From a virus (taxonomy: Duplodnaviria > Caudoviricetes), in the IMG/VR virus record IMGVR_UViG_3300043748_000009, positions 1 through 40,880 of that record: DNA of 40,880 bases, one strand, 5' to 3'. Numbering within the stretch: the first letter of the stretch is position 1; every line of letters begins with the position of its first letter. The translations under genes were made by a program, and so were the position numbers. This document shows positions 8,428 to 17,063 of this stretch, piece by piece. The notes under the pieces are model-generated. The model ran no database searches and was not told where the DNA came from. It worked only from the letters and a program-made list of their open reading frames with translations.

Positions 8428-9642
8428 TTACAGGGTGGCGCTGACCATCGCGCGCAGAGCCTTGATGGCTGCTTCGAGCTGCTCGCGAACCGCTTCCTTC
8501 GTCTCGTCGCTGGCAGCTTCGAAGTCGTCCACCTTCGCGCGGCTGATGTCCGTGATCAGCTTCTTGGCCACGATGGTCACGCGCTCGTCCGGCGTCGTCT
8601 CCTCCGCCTGCTCTGCGCCTTCGCCTTCGCCTTCGCCCTCCCCACCTTCGCCACCGGTGCCGCCCTCAAGCTCCTTGGCTTCCTTCTTGGCCTGGTACTC
8701 CAGCCGCTTGCGCTCAGTGGCACCCATCAGCGAAGCGCCGTACTTGTCCGCGACCCAGGCGGAAGCGTCGGTGTCCTCCGGCTTGTCAGCGAGCAGGGCC
8801 GACATGATCTCGCGACGCTGGGCGCCCTGCTCGTCATCCTGGTCCAGCGACCGGAGCCACTCGGCCCGAACGTCGCTGCGCTGGTCCTGCACGGAGCGCG
8901 TCAGCTTCTTCAGAGCCTGCTTGTTGTCGTAGTTGTCTTCGAAGCCCTGACCGGCGCGCCGGAGCATCTCGCCGGAACCCTTCTTGGCCGGGTCGCTGGC
9001 GCCCATCAGGTCCGGGTTTCCGTCCTTGTTCGGAATCTTGGTCCACATGTCGAAGACCAGGGCAGCAACGTCCTTCGCCAGGTGCGAAATCTTGACGTGA
9101 GCGCTGACGCCTTCGCCAATCAGCTTCGCGCCCTGGTTGACGAGCGCCTCAACCCCCTCGTACTGGTCCCACGTCTTCTCGACCACCACGCCCTGAGTGA
9201 CCTTCTTGACTTCAGCCTTGGGCTTCGGAGCAGCCATGGCAGCAGCCGTCCACGCTTCGCGCTTCTCCTTCTTGATCCCGATGGAGCCCTTACCGCTGAG
9301 CGACGAAATCAGGGTCTCAGTCTCGTGGTACAGCTCATCAAGACCTTCGTGGTTCTCGGCCTCAACCAGGCTGGACGCGCGCTCAATGTTCGCGTCAATC
9401 TGCTCGATGACGGTCTGACCCTGCTCCGTGTTGACGTCGTTACGCTCAGTCACTTCGGTCTCTCCCTCAGCCTGGGGCGCTTCCTGCGCCATGATCTTCA
9501 GACAGTTCTTGCAGTTCACGTCAGCCTTGACCACGCTGTAACCCTCAACCGCGCGGTTCCCGCCACACTTCGGGGAGGGCATGAAACCGTCCGGCTCGCC
9601 AGCGTAATGGATCTTACCGCCACGCCCAAGCTGTACGTTCAT
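8428..9642 (-). CDS. Immunity repressor, phiC31 c-like
   Basis: Position between dNMP kinase and early region, own host-type promoter with adjacent operator, sequence resembles my recollection of phiC31-family repressors (IPNKDGNPD, RSVQDQRSDVRAE.LRSLD). Confidence 0.75.
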   Translation of the reverse strand: MNVQLGRGGKIHYAGEPDGFMPSPKCGGNRAVEGYSVVKADVNCKNCLKIMAQEAPQAEGETEVTERNDVNTEQGQTVIEQIDANIERASSLVEAENHEGLDELYHETETLISSLSGKGSIGIKKEKREAWTAAAMAAPKPKAEVKKVTQGVVVEKTWDQYEGVEALVNQGAKLIGEGVSAHVKISHLAKDVAALVFDMWTKIPNKDGNPDLMGASDPAKKGSGEMLRRAGQGFEDNYDNKQALKKLTRSVQDQRSDVRAEWLRSLDQDDEQGAQRREIMSALLADKPEDTDASAWVADKYGASLMGATERKRLEYQAKKEAKELEGGTGGEGGEGEGEGEGAEQAEETTPDERVTIVAKKLITDISRAKVDDFEAASDETKEAVREQLEAAIKALRAMVSATL

Positions 9643-9679
9643 GTCCCCGCCCCTTCGTTGTCGTGTTCTTGCGAAGCTG

Positions 9680-9709
9680 AGCCTAGCGGATGATCGAAAC
9701 CCCAGTCAA
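9680..9709 (-). promoter_or_regulatory. Host housekeeping (HrdB/sigma70-type) promoter of repressor
   Basis: TTGACT-N18-TAGGCT on minus strand. Confidence 0.8.
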
Positions 9710-9711
9710 CT

Positions 9712-9733
9712 CACCTACGGATATCCGTATGTG
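9712..9733. promoter_or_regulatory. 22-bp operator-like palindrome
   Basis: CACCTACGGATATCCGTATGTG, 2 bp upstream of the -35 box. Confidence 0.85.
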
Positions 9734-9754
9734 ACCCTGCGGGCGCAGACATGC

Positions 9755-9796
9755 AAAAAACCCCTGACCTGCGGGTATGCTCCCACAAGCCAGGGG
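9755..9796 (-). terminator. Intrinsic terminator upstream of repressor promoter
   Basis: CCCCTGGCTTGTGGG...CCCGCAGGTCAGGGG-TTTTTT. Confidence 0.8.
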
Positions 9797-9809
9797 CCAG
9801 AAAGGTTCG

Positions 9810-10223
9810 TCAGCGTGTCGCGCGGAACCGTCGTGCGCGTCTCAACTGGGCGATTACGTCAGCTACTTCGAAGAGCGGGATACCGAGCAGCCCAGCGCAC
9901 TCGATCCGGAGCGCCATACGGGCCCGGTTGCGCTGTCCGTGGGTACCTGCCTGGGTCGGGAGCATGGGTGCTGCCAGCGCGTCAGCGAGAAGAGCGGGGA
10001 TCACGTGCTGTCCGCTGGACACGATCACGGTGTTATCTGCGTCCATCTGCTTGCGGACCGACTGATGAGCCGCGAACGCTGCCCTCACGCGCGGGTCTGT
10101 GTACTCAAACAGCGATTCACGGTGAGCTTCGATCCGGGCGTACCGGTCGCGCGCCTGCTCGTCTGACTCATGGTTGAAGGCGACCGCCCAACCCCCGTTT
10201 ACCGTGATCCATCGCATGCGCAT
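9810..10223 (-). CDS. Hypothetical protein, paralog of 36249-36686
   Basis: GGGAGG RBS; shares MDA.NTV.V.SG.HV.P and LR.ECA.LL.IP..EV.DV..QLR. Confidence 0.8.
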   Translation of the reverse strand: MRMRWITVNGGWAVAFNHESDEQARDRYARIEAHRESLFEYTDPRVRAAFAAHQSVRKQMDADNTVIVSSGQHVIPALLADALAAPMLPTQAGTHGQRNRARMALRIECAGLLGIPLFEVADVIAQLRRARRFRATR

Positions 10224-10312
10224 GGCGCGCCCTCCCAGTGTTCGTCTGTGAGATCAGTATGAGCTACGCAGTGCGGACTACTGGCCGGTACACCTTCCGA
10301 TTCGGAAAACAG

Positions 10313-10353
10313 AAAACGCCCCCGGTCATCCCACGGAGGGATAGCCAGGGGCG
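10313..10353 (-). terminator. Intrinsic terminator after dNMP kinase
   Basis: CGCCCCTGGCTATCCC...GGGATGACCGGGGGCG-TTTT. Confidence 0.75.
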
Positions 10354-10357
10354 AATT

Positions 10358-10912
10358 TCAGATGGCGTTGAGGATTGCGCGACGCAGGTCATCTATCGAG
10401 CCATCATTGATGATTGCAAGATCCGTCGAGTAGGTGTCTAGTTCCGTTTCGCTGACATGTGTACTGGTGTTGACCTGGTCCGGCCGGACGATACGCACCA
10501 GACGAAAGCCACGGCTTCGCAACATCACAGCTTCGTTGATGTACCGGACGTCTGTGACCACTACCGGCATGTTCCACGCTTCCGCAGCGCTGAGCTTCCG
10601 GCGCCCAACGTTGACCCAATAATCAGGGTCGTACTCACGGATGGTCTGCCCAGTCGACTGCAACACTCGCCGGACTTCGGGGTACGTGTCCTTCGCGTAC
10701 TCCCAACCGACGTCGGCAACAAGCGCGCTGAGTCGTACGTGAATGCGGAACGCGCCTTGCAGTCCGGTGGGTATCAGCGGGTCAATGCTGAGCGCCATCT
10801 CTTTCAGCGGGTCAGCGAACGCGATGCGGGTGTAATGCCGCTCGCGCACCAGGAAGCTTGCGGCTGTGTCCTTGCCTGAACGGGCCTTGCCGATAAGAGC
10901 GATGTTGCGCAC
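10358..10912 (-). CDS. Deoxynucleoside monophosphate kinase
   Basis: P-loop GKARSGKDT, FADPLK, R..LQ..G, TDVRY.NE, H.SE. Confidence 0.92.
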   Translation of the reverse strand: MRNIALIGKARSGKDTAASFLVRERHYTRIAFADPLKEMALSIDPLIPTGLQGAFRIHVRLSALVADVGWEYAKDTYPEVRRVLQSTGQTIREYDPDYWVNVGRRKLSAAEAWNMPVVVTDVRYINEAVMLRSRGFRLVRIVRPDQVNTSTHVSETELDTYSTDLAIINDGSIDDLRRAILNAI

Positions 10913-10974
10913 TGTCTCTCTCCAGTGGGTAGCCGAATGCCCCCCAGCGGGATTGCTGAGGGGCAGATGACTTA

Positions 10975-11292
10975 CTAGGCGACCGGCGCGCCAGGGGCAG
11001 GCTCGACCGCTACCGGCGCAGGCTCGACCGACTGAGACAGCGCGCTGAACGGGACACCCAGGTCAGTGGCGACAGCCTCAGTGTCAGTGACAAGCTTCTC
11101 GTAGCTGACGCCATGCTTCGCCAGGTAGCCGGAACCGAAGGTGATAGCGGCAGTCACGCCAGCCTGCACCAGTCCGCGCACGTCGCTGGGCACGTTGGCC
11201 TGAAAGACATGTGGTGCCAGGATGCCCGCAACGACCGTGACGCCTGCGGCTGCAACCGTGGACGCAGTGACCTTGCCAGAGATGGCCTTCAT
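10975..11292 (-). CDS. Holin-like membrane protein (2 TM)
   Basis: Two hydrophobic segments, downstream of endolysin. Confidence 0.65.
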   Translation of the reverse strand: MKAISGKVTASTVAAAGVTVVAGILAPHVFQANVPSDVRGLVQAGVTAAITFGSGYLAKHGVSYEKLVTDTEAVATDLGVPFSALSQSVEPAPVAVEPAPGAPVA

Positions 11293-11293
11293 T

Positions 11294-11623
11294 TCACTCC
11301 TGATTTCTGCGCTCTAGGCGCGGGTGTGGGTCTGTCTGCTGAAATGCCGAAACGGCATGCTCCGTTGTGTGCGCTGCCTGCCAGTCACGTACTTCCGCGA
11401 TATCGGCGCGCAACCCTTCGGCCAGACCATCTATCCGGCCGTTGATCTGGGCGACAGCTTCGCCGAGAGCATCCCGAGTTGTTGCGCCCTCTTCACGTGC
11501 TGCACCCCGTGACTTCCGAGCAGCGAGATAGGCCGGACCGGTGGTAATCAGCGCCACGGCAGTAGCGCCAATCGTCCATGCAGTGTCCGGGGACATGGAC
11601 CCAGAACCGTCGAGTAGGCTCAC
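11294..11623 (-). CDS. Lysis-cassette membrane protein (1 TM + coiled coil)
   Basis: N-terminal hydrophobic helix followed by amphipathic helix; GAAAG RBS. Confidence 0.65.
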   Translation of the reverse strand: MSLLDGSGSMSPDTAWTIGATAVALITTGPAYLAARKSRGAAREEGATTRDALGEAVAQINGRIDGLAEGLRADIAEVRDWQAAHTTEHAVSAFQQTDPHPRLERRNQE

Positions 11624-11667
11624 GAACTTTCACCTTTGCGAGTCGGGCGGACCGCCCACCCTGGTTG

Positions 11668-11684
11668 GATCGGGTGAGCGGCCC
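11668..11684 (-). promoter_or_regulatory. Phage-specific promoter-like motif
   Basis: GATCGGGTGAGCGGCCC between endolysin and holin-like genes. Confidence 0.65.
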
Positions 11685-11690
11685 GCATCA

Positions 11691-12929
11691 CTACTTCACC
11701 TTGCTCTGAAGAGCCTTCACGGCCGTTTCTAGGGCGCTGACGCGCTGCTCAAGGGTGGGAGCAGGGGCAGGCGCCGGAACGGGCGCAGGAGTGGGCTTCA
11801 CAGGCGCGGGGGCAGGCGCAGGCTTCGGAGCCTGAGACGCGTACGCAGGGTCAGCCGACTTGATGCCTTCGGGGTACTTCGGGTAGCCGTAACCGAAGGT
11901 GTTGACGTCACGGCGGTTGCGCTTCTTGAGGTAAACCCCGTCACCTTCGGCAGAACCGTTGTTGTTGGTGTTTCCCTCAACAGTGGTGATGGTGTCGGCG
12001 TCGTAATCGACCACGATTCCGGTGTGGCTTCCGCCGCCCGGACCGTAGAAGACCTGCGCACCGATGGCGGGGTAATCCGACCAACGACCCTGCTGCTTGA
12101 ACCAGGCCACAGCGTCAGCGCAAGAGGCAGTGCGCGGGAACAGGTTCGCCACGCCAGCCTTGAGCGCCACCCAGGCACAGAAGGTGCAGCACCAGGGCTG
12201 ACCCTGGGACCACTCAAGCCCCGGAACGCCAGTGGAGTACTTCTGAATGTTGTCCCAGTTACCGGAAGCGTCCTTTCCTTCGTGGTAGCCAATCTCAGCC
12301 TTAGCCACGCGCAGCACATCAGCGGCATGACCGGCCGAAGGCGCAGGCGCCGGAGCAGGGGCAGGCTTAGGCGCCGCAGGCGTAGCCCAGGCTCGAAGGT
12401 GAGCAGCGTCAGCGAAGTTGGCGACGTTCTTGTCTATGCCACCCGCGAAGCTGTACTGATGGAACGTCCACGCGTGCTGAATACCGGGGTGTCCCGCAGC
12501 GTGATTGGGGTCAGCGATCCAAAGTCCGTCCATCGGACCGCCGTTGTTGCTGTCACGCTTGAGCCAGTAATCCGTGTTGCAGTACAGGACCACCTTGTGA
12601 CCGGGCGCCTTCGCCTTGACTCGCGAGAGGAATGCGTCTCGGTCAGCCTGCGTCACCGCACTGTCTTCCCAATCGAACGCTAGGATATCGCCAGGCTTCA
12701 GCGAAACCTTGCTCAGGAAGTAGTCAGCCTGGGCAGCGCCGTTGCCAGCCTTGCCGAAGTGGTAATGCCCCAGCACCAGGCCAGCCTTGCGAGCCGTAGC
12801 AACCTGCCCGCTGTAACGAGGGTTCACGTACGAAGTGCCCTCAGTGACCTTGACGAAAGCGAAAGCCAGTCCCTTCGTGTCGAAAGCGACCGGCTGATAA
12901 CTGGAAACGTCTACGCCTAGAACGGCCAT
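11691..12929 (-). CDS. Endolysin: GH25 muramidase + CHAP domain
   Basis: GVDVSSYQ, KVTEG, GHYHF, DWE (GH25); PWC..F and HTGIV..EGN (CHAP); Pro/Ala linkers; ATG 12929 with AGGAG RBS. Confidence 0.92.
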   Translation of the reverse strand: MAVLGVDVSSYQPVAFDTKGLAFAFVKVTEGTSYVNPRYSGQVATARKAGLVLGHYHFGKAGNGAAQADYFLSKVSLKPGDILAFDWEDSAVTQADRDAFLSRVKAKAPGHKVVLYCNTDYWLKRDSNNGGPMDGLWIADPNHAAGHPGIQHAWTFHQYSFAGGIDKNVANFADAAHLRAWATPAAPKPAPAPAPAPSAGHAADVLRVAKAEIGYHEGKDASGNWDNIQKYSTGVPGLEWSQGQPWCCTFCAWVALKAGVANLFPRTASCADAVAWFKQQGRWSDYPAIGAQVFYGPGGGSHTGIVVDYDADTITTVEGNTNNNGSAEGDGVYLKKRNRRDVNTFGYGYPKYPEGIKSADPAYASQAPKPAPAPAPVKPTPAPVPAPAPAPTLEQRVSALETAVKALQSKVK

Positions 12930-12938
12930 GAGCACTCC

Positions 12939-13463
12939 TTACGAGTGGATGAATTTGACGGTCAGAGAGGACCAGGGGCCAACGGCGGTACTGACAGCCA
13001 CACCGCTGTACACGTACAACTCGACGTAATCGCCTACGGCAAGTTGCACCTGAGTCACGGCAGTTGGCGCCGCAGAGTTGTGGCCGGACATTGCGGCATA
13101 CGCGATTCGGGAACCGATGATTTCGGAACCGTTCTTAGCGACATATGCGGAGGCGAAGCCACCAGAGTTGGGCTGCACGGCTGCAACCGCGCATACCTCG
13201 TAGGTTCCAGCAAGCTGACAGACATAGCGGCTGGTGTTCGTGGTGGTCGAGTGTCCGCCGTAGGAATCCAGCGTTTCAGTGTCCATACCGATGGCGGTGT
13301 ACGTGGTCGCCGGTAGCGACTGAGCCACGGACTGATAGCCAAAGAAGATGGGCGGATTGGTAAGGAAGTTGATCGCGTCGCGTACCTGAGCGTTCCACAG
13401 CGCTGACGTCAGGAAGTTGCCTGCTGCCGCAGTACTGGGAGTGGGAACGGGGAGATTGGTCAT
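12939..13463 (-). CDS. Minor tail protein / receptor-binding candidate with C1q/TNF-like C-terminus
   Basis: N-terminal LTSALWNAQVRDAINFL typical of actinophage minor tail proteins; beta-rich QLAVGDYVELYV; ATG 13463 with GGAGG. Confidence 0.75.
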   Translation of the reverse strand: MTNLPVPTPSTAAAGNFLTSALWNAQVRDAINFLTNPPIFFGYQSVAQSLPATTYTAIGMDTETLDSYGGHSTTTNTSRYVCQLAGTYEVCAVAAVQPNSGGFASAYVAKNGSEIIGSRIAYAAMSGHNSAAPTAVTQVQLAVGDYVELYVYSGVAVSTAVGPWSSLTVKFIHS

Positions 13464-13482
13464 GGGTCCTCCGGAACGGGGC

Positions 13483-13504
13483 CACATACGGAAATCCGTA
13501 GGTG
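13483..13504. promoter_or_regulatory. 22-bp operator-like palindrome
   Basis: CACATACGGAAATCCGTAGGTG with GGGGC/ACCCC flanks. Confidence 0.8.
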
Positions 13505-13517
13505 ACCCCGGACCTTG

Positions 13518-16500
13518 CTAGTACGAGAATGCGACGGAATCGAAGACAGAGAGGCTGTCGTACGTCGACACGTCGCTGACGCCGGACGGGAGAGGCTCGC
13601 CAATCGCGAAGCCGTTCGTGTGCGAGTGCGCCAGGTTCGCAGTGAAGGTGATGGTTCCCGTAGTCCAGTTGGCGCCCGTGTTGGACACAGACTGAACCGT
13701 CATGGTTTCGGGGACCGAACCACCCTGACCCACAACCAACTGTTGCCCAGGGGTGATCTGCGCAGCGAGAGGGTTCACGCTGTCGAATGCAGGGGCATTC
13801 ACAGTCACCGTGGCTGAGCCTGACGCCACATCCGCGCCCAGCGTCGTACGCCAGGCTGCAAACTCGGCATACGGCTGAGGATCGATCGGCGAACACTGAA
13901 GCGAAACCGTGGCTTCGCCCTTGTCGCTGACGTTCCATTGAATCTGCTCGACAAACGCATCAATCTGGATAACAGGCGCGCCCAGTGGACGACGCATGAT
14001 CCGCACTCGCGTGCCCAGTTCCAGCGAGAGGCACGCTGCCCACAACCCAGGGTTGCCCGACGGGTGTAGGTCCAACTTGCTCACGCGCGGAAGCGGATTC
14101 TTGTAGCGACCGGTTAGGTAGCTTGCAGCGTCCTGGGCTTCGAGCGCTGACGTGGTGTCCACGGTCCTGGTGATCGTGCGGGGAAAGAAGTTGGTCTGTG
14201 AGGTTGCGTCGGAACCGATGAACTGTTGTCCCGTGTTCTTCTGCGTAACCGTGACCAGGTTCCCCAGGTGGGTTGGGTCGTAGTCCAACTCAATGGACTC
14301 ATAAGGCAACTCGCCCAGGTCCGTGCGTTCGCCGAACGTATAGGCCGGAGTGGTGGCGTTGTATCGAGCAGCGCGGGAACGGAAGGTGACGGTTCCTGCT
14401 CGGTCTACGAAGTGTTCACCGTTCTCGGTCGTCACAACGTCATTCAGCGCGGACAGCGCATCCTGACCGTCAATGGCCATGGGCCCCATGCTGGTTGTCA
14501 TGCCAGGCTGCAAGTTGCGGGGACCGGTGAAACCGGCGTAGATCAGGATTCGCATGTAACGCGTGTCGGTCGAGTCACCCGTGAACGAGTTTCGCCAGGC
14601 ACCGTATATGGCGCTGAAATCAGACGACGCTAGTGCAGTGGGGAATTCCATTGCATAGCTGATATCGCCCTTGTAGTTCCACGCGGTTCCGTTTCCGACC
14701 GTGGGGTCTACCCAACCGCCCAGCGAGTCAGAAACCAGGTTGGTCGGGTTGTTGGCGCCCTGAGCAGCCCAATAGGAATTGTTCCCGTCGATGGTCGCCC
14801 AGACGTCACCGGTAACGGCGTTCATCGAGATTCCGCCGATATGCCAGTTGCCATCAACGACGTTCACGCCAGCGCCACCAGACAGGGGCATGTACGCCGT
14901 GACGGTTCCGCCGGAGCCTGACAGCTCCACAACGAATCGCCCGGACGTGTCTACGCGGAAACCGATACGCGAGCCAGCGGGAAGGTTGTTCGCGCGCTGG
15001 TTGTCGAATGACGTCCAGATGTACGCGTTAGACGTAGGGGTCGGACCGGTGTACTTGAACGCGATAAGTCGTGTCCACGTGCTTGCAGTCTGCGGGCCCT
15101 TGATCCCTGCGCTAGCAAGGCTGATGTACGTGGCCGGACTGGTGATGTTCGTACCGGGGTTCACGTTGCTGAGCGTCACAACGGTGTTGTTCGATCCGGT
15201 GTAGACACCCTGGGTCGTCGCAGCGCTGATGGACACACCAGACACGATGGAGCCAGCGCCGTACTTACCTGCCGCATAGGGCGCAGCAGGATGGTTGCCA
15301 GTGGCGTCAGTGAAGGTGGTCGATAGCGCCGGATCACCCAGCGTGTAAAGGAAGTTGGGGTTCCTGAGCCTGATCTCTTCCGTAAGCGGGTCACTCAGTG
15401 TCCGCTGAGACAGCAGCGCGAAGGCGTCAACGCCGGTAGGGGTCACCAGGCCGTACGTACCGTCAAGGTCCCAGGTCTGGGGCCAGCGCTCGACAAAGCC
15501 GGAGTACAGCGGGTACCAGGTGCCCGGAGAAACGAAGGCACTGGCGATAGCGCCCCGCTCAAGCTGCCAGCCATCCGCCTGCACGTTGCAGGTGGCGCTA
15601 GGCGACGTGGCGACAGCCAGACCAACGGCCATGCCGTACGGGTTGCTTGGGGCCGTGGCCGTGACAGTCACGGTGGTCCAGCCGGTAGCCGTAGACGAGC
15701 CTGTGAGCGTCGCTGTGGCCCCGTAGACGTACGTTGCAGGGAATCCGACCGGCGGAGGCCCGTACCATCCCACGAAGGGCTTTACGTCAATGCTGGTGGT
15801 ATCCGTGACGTTCCGCACGCTCATGGTGAATGTGTAGGTCTGGCCAGGCACCACAGCGGAATGCGGGGTGTAGCCGATCCGGCCACCAACGGCGTAGCCA
15901 CTCGGCACGTTGAACTGAAAGACGTTCGTACCGCTGTATGCGCTGGCGCTGGCGACGATCTGACCGGGGCCAGGGTCGGTCTGGGTGAAGACGTCCTGAC
16001 CGTTGTTGCCGTTGTTCAGGTTGCCTGTAGGCGAGCCATCCCCACCGTTGGCTATGACAGGGTCTAGGAGGTTGGCCGTAGGTGGCCACTGGGCACGCAC
16101 ACGGAAAGGCTGGTACGGCCAGATGTGACCGGCCCACGGGCCAGATGCGTTGTTGGGGTCGAGCGCTCCGTCAGTGCTGCTCAGCGAGAGCTGAAGCGTT
16201 CCCGCCTGCACCTGGTCAAGCTCATACTGGCGTCCGCGCGTGGTGGTCGCAGCGCCATAGGTCCGGGGAGTCACGTTGACGTACTTGTCTAGCGGGACGT
16301 CACCCCCGTTGGCATTCCAGACCGGACCCCAGGCGTATTCCATCTGCGGGAAGTTCTGATTCAGCCCAGGGGCAGCAGCCGGAGCGACTTCGCCCAGGAC
16401 CACGCCAACCGTAGTCCAGTTACCCGAAGGGCTCTGCGCAGCAGTAGGCGAAGTGGGGCCATTGGCCGAAGCGTTGTACGCAACCAGGTTGTTGGACGTG

Positions 16501-17000
16501 GTCACGTTGTAGGTGAAGCCTGGCGTAGCACCAGCCACACCGTTCTGTGCGCAGTACGCGTATCCGAAGTAAAGCTGTCCGCTGATTCCAGCGGTTAGGG
16601 TGGGGAAAGTCAGGGTTGTACCAGTGCCGTTGTTCTTGGCACCAGCGGCGCCAATCAGCCAGGCAGTGTTAGGCACGCTGGACGCGAATTCCTGTGCGCA
16701 TATCTCAGTGGAAGTGCTCGCCACAGAACCGCTGAACGTGACCGTAGCCGTAGACGAGCCAGAGCCAGTGACCACGCCATAGAAGATGTCAATACGTGCG
16801 GCAGTCAGCGAGTCTGTGAAGCCGGTCGCGTATGACCACGTGCTGACCAGTCCCCCAGACACGGCAGTTGCAGTGACGGAGGCAGACGCAGCGCGGACCA
16901 CCAGGACCAGCGTGTGACCGGGGTCCGGAGTGCCAACGGCCAGCGTGGTAACGCCGGTACCGTGCGCCTGCGTCATGCTGCCGATTGCGGAGATAGTCAC
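13518..17000 (-). CDS. Large multidomain minor tail (tail-tip) protein
   Basis: Follows tape measure; RGRQYELD..QAG..L...DG.LDP.N motif, Thr/Ser/Gly beta-rich carbohydrate-binding-like and LamG-like (DGNWH) segments. Confidence 0.85.
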   Translation of the reverse strand: MTISAIGSMTQAHGTGVTTLAVGTPDPGHTLVLVVRAASASVTATAVSGGLVSTWSYATGFTDSLTAARIDIFYGVVTGSGSSTATVTFSGSVASTSTEICAQEFASSVPNTAWLIGAAGAKNNGTGTTLTFPTLTAGISGQLYFGYAYCAQNGVAGATPGFTYNVTTSNNLVAYNASANGPTSPTAAQSPSGNWTTVGVVLGEVAPAAAPGLNQNFPQMEYAWGPVWNANGGDVPLDKYVNVTPRTYGAATTTRGRQYELDQVQAGTLQLSLSSTDGALDPNNASGPWAGHIWPYQPFRVRAQWPPTANLLDPVIANGGDGSPTGNLNNGNNGQDVFTQTDPGPGQIVASASAYSGTNVFQFNVPSGYAVGGRIGYTPHSAVVPGQTYTFTMSVRNVTDTTSIDVKPFVGWYGPPPVGFPATYVYGATATLTGSSTATGWTTVTVTATAPSNPYGMAVGLAVATSPSATCNVQADGWQLERGAIASAFVSPGTWYPLYSGFVERWPQTWDLDGTYGLVTPTGVDAFALLSQRTLSDPLTEEIRLRNPNFLYTLGDPALSTTFTDATGNHPAAPYAAGKYGAGSIVSGVSISAATTQGVYTGSNNTVVTLSNVNPGTNITSPATYISLASAGIKGPQTASTWTRLIAFKYTGPTPTSNAYIWTSFDNQRANNLPAGSRIGFRVDTSGRFVVELSGSGGTVTAYMPLSGGAGVNVVDGNWHIGGISMNAVTGDVWATIDGNNSYWAAQGANNPTNLVSDSLGGWVDPTVGNGTAWNYKGDISYAMEFPTALASSDFSAIYGAWRNSFTGDSTDTRYMRILIYAGFTGPRNLQPGMTTSMGPMAIDGQDALSALNDVVTTENGEHFVDRAGTVTFRSRAARYNATTPAYTFGERTDLGELPYESIELDYDPTHLGNLVTVTQKNTGQQFIGSDATSQTNFFPRTITRTVDTTSALEAQDAASYLTGRYKNPLPRVSKLDLHPSGNPGLWAACLSLELGTRVRIMRRPLGAPVIQIDAFVEQIQWNVSDKGEATVSLQCSPIDPQPYAEFAAWRTTLGADVASGSATVTVNAPAFDSVNPLAAQITPGQQLVVGQGGSVPETMTVQSVSNTGANWTTGTITFTANLAHSHTNGFAIGEPLPSGVSDVSTYDSLSVFDSVAFSY

Positions 17001-17028
17001 TTGAACACCCTTGGGTCAAAGGAGGGGC

Positions 17029-17050
17029 CACATACGGAAATCCGTAGGTG
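17029..17050. promoter_or_regulatory. 22-bp operator-like palindrome
   Basis: CACATACGGAAATCCGTAGGTG with GGAGGGGC/ACCCCTCC flanks. Confidence 0.8.
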
Positions 17051-17063
17051 ACCCCTCCGTGTC

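Noticed and set aside
7987-9693. Long plus-strand ORFs (also 3663-4925, 39215-40531 and others)
   Set aside because: Antisense shadows of GC3-rich minus-strand genes; no RBS or recognisable motifs
11750-11830. GCAGGCGC-type short repeats (also near 12340 and 22590)
   Set aside because: They encode Pro/Ala linkers; no independent DNA-level role evident
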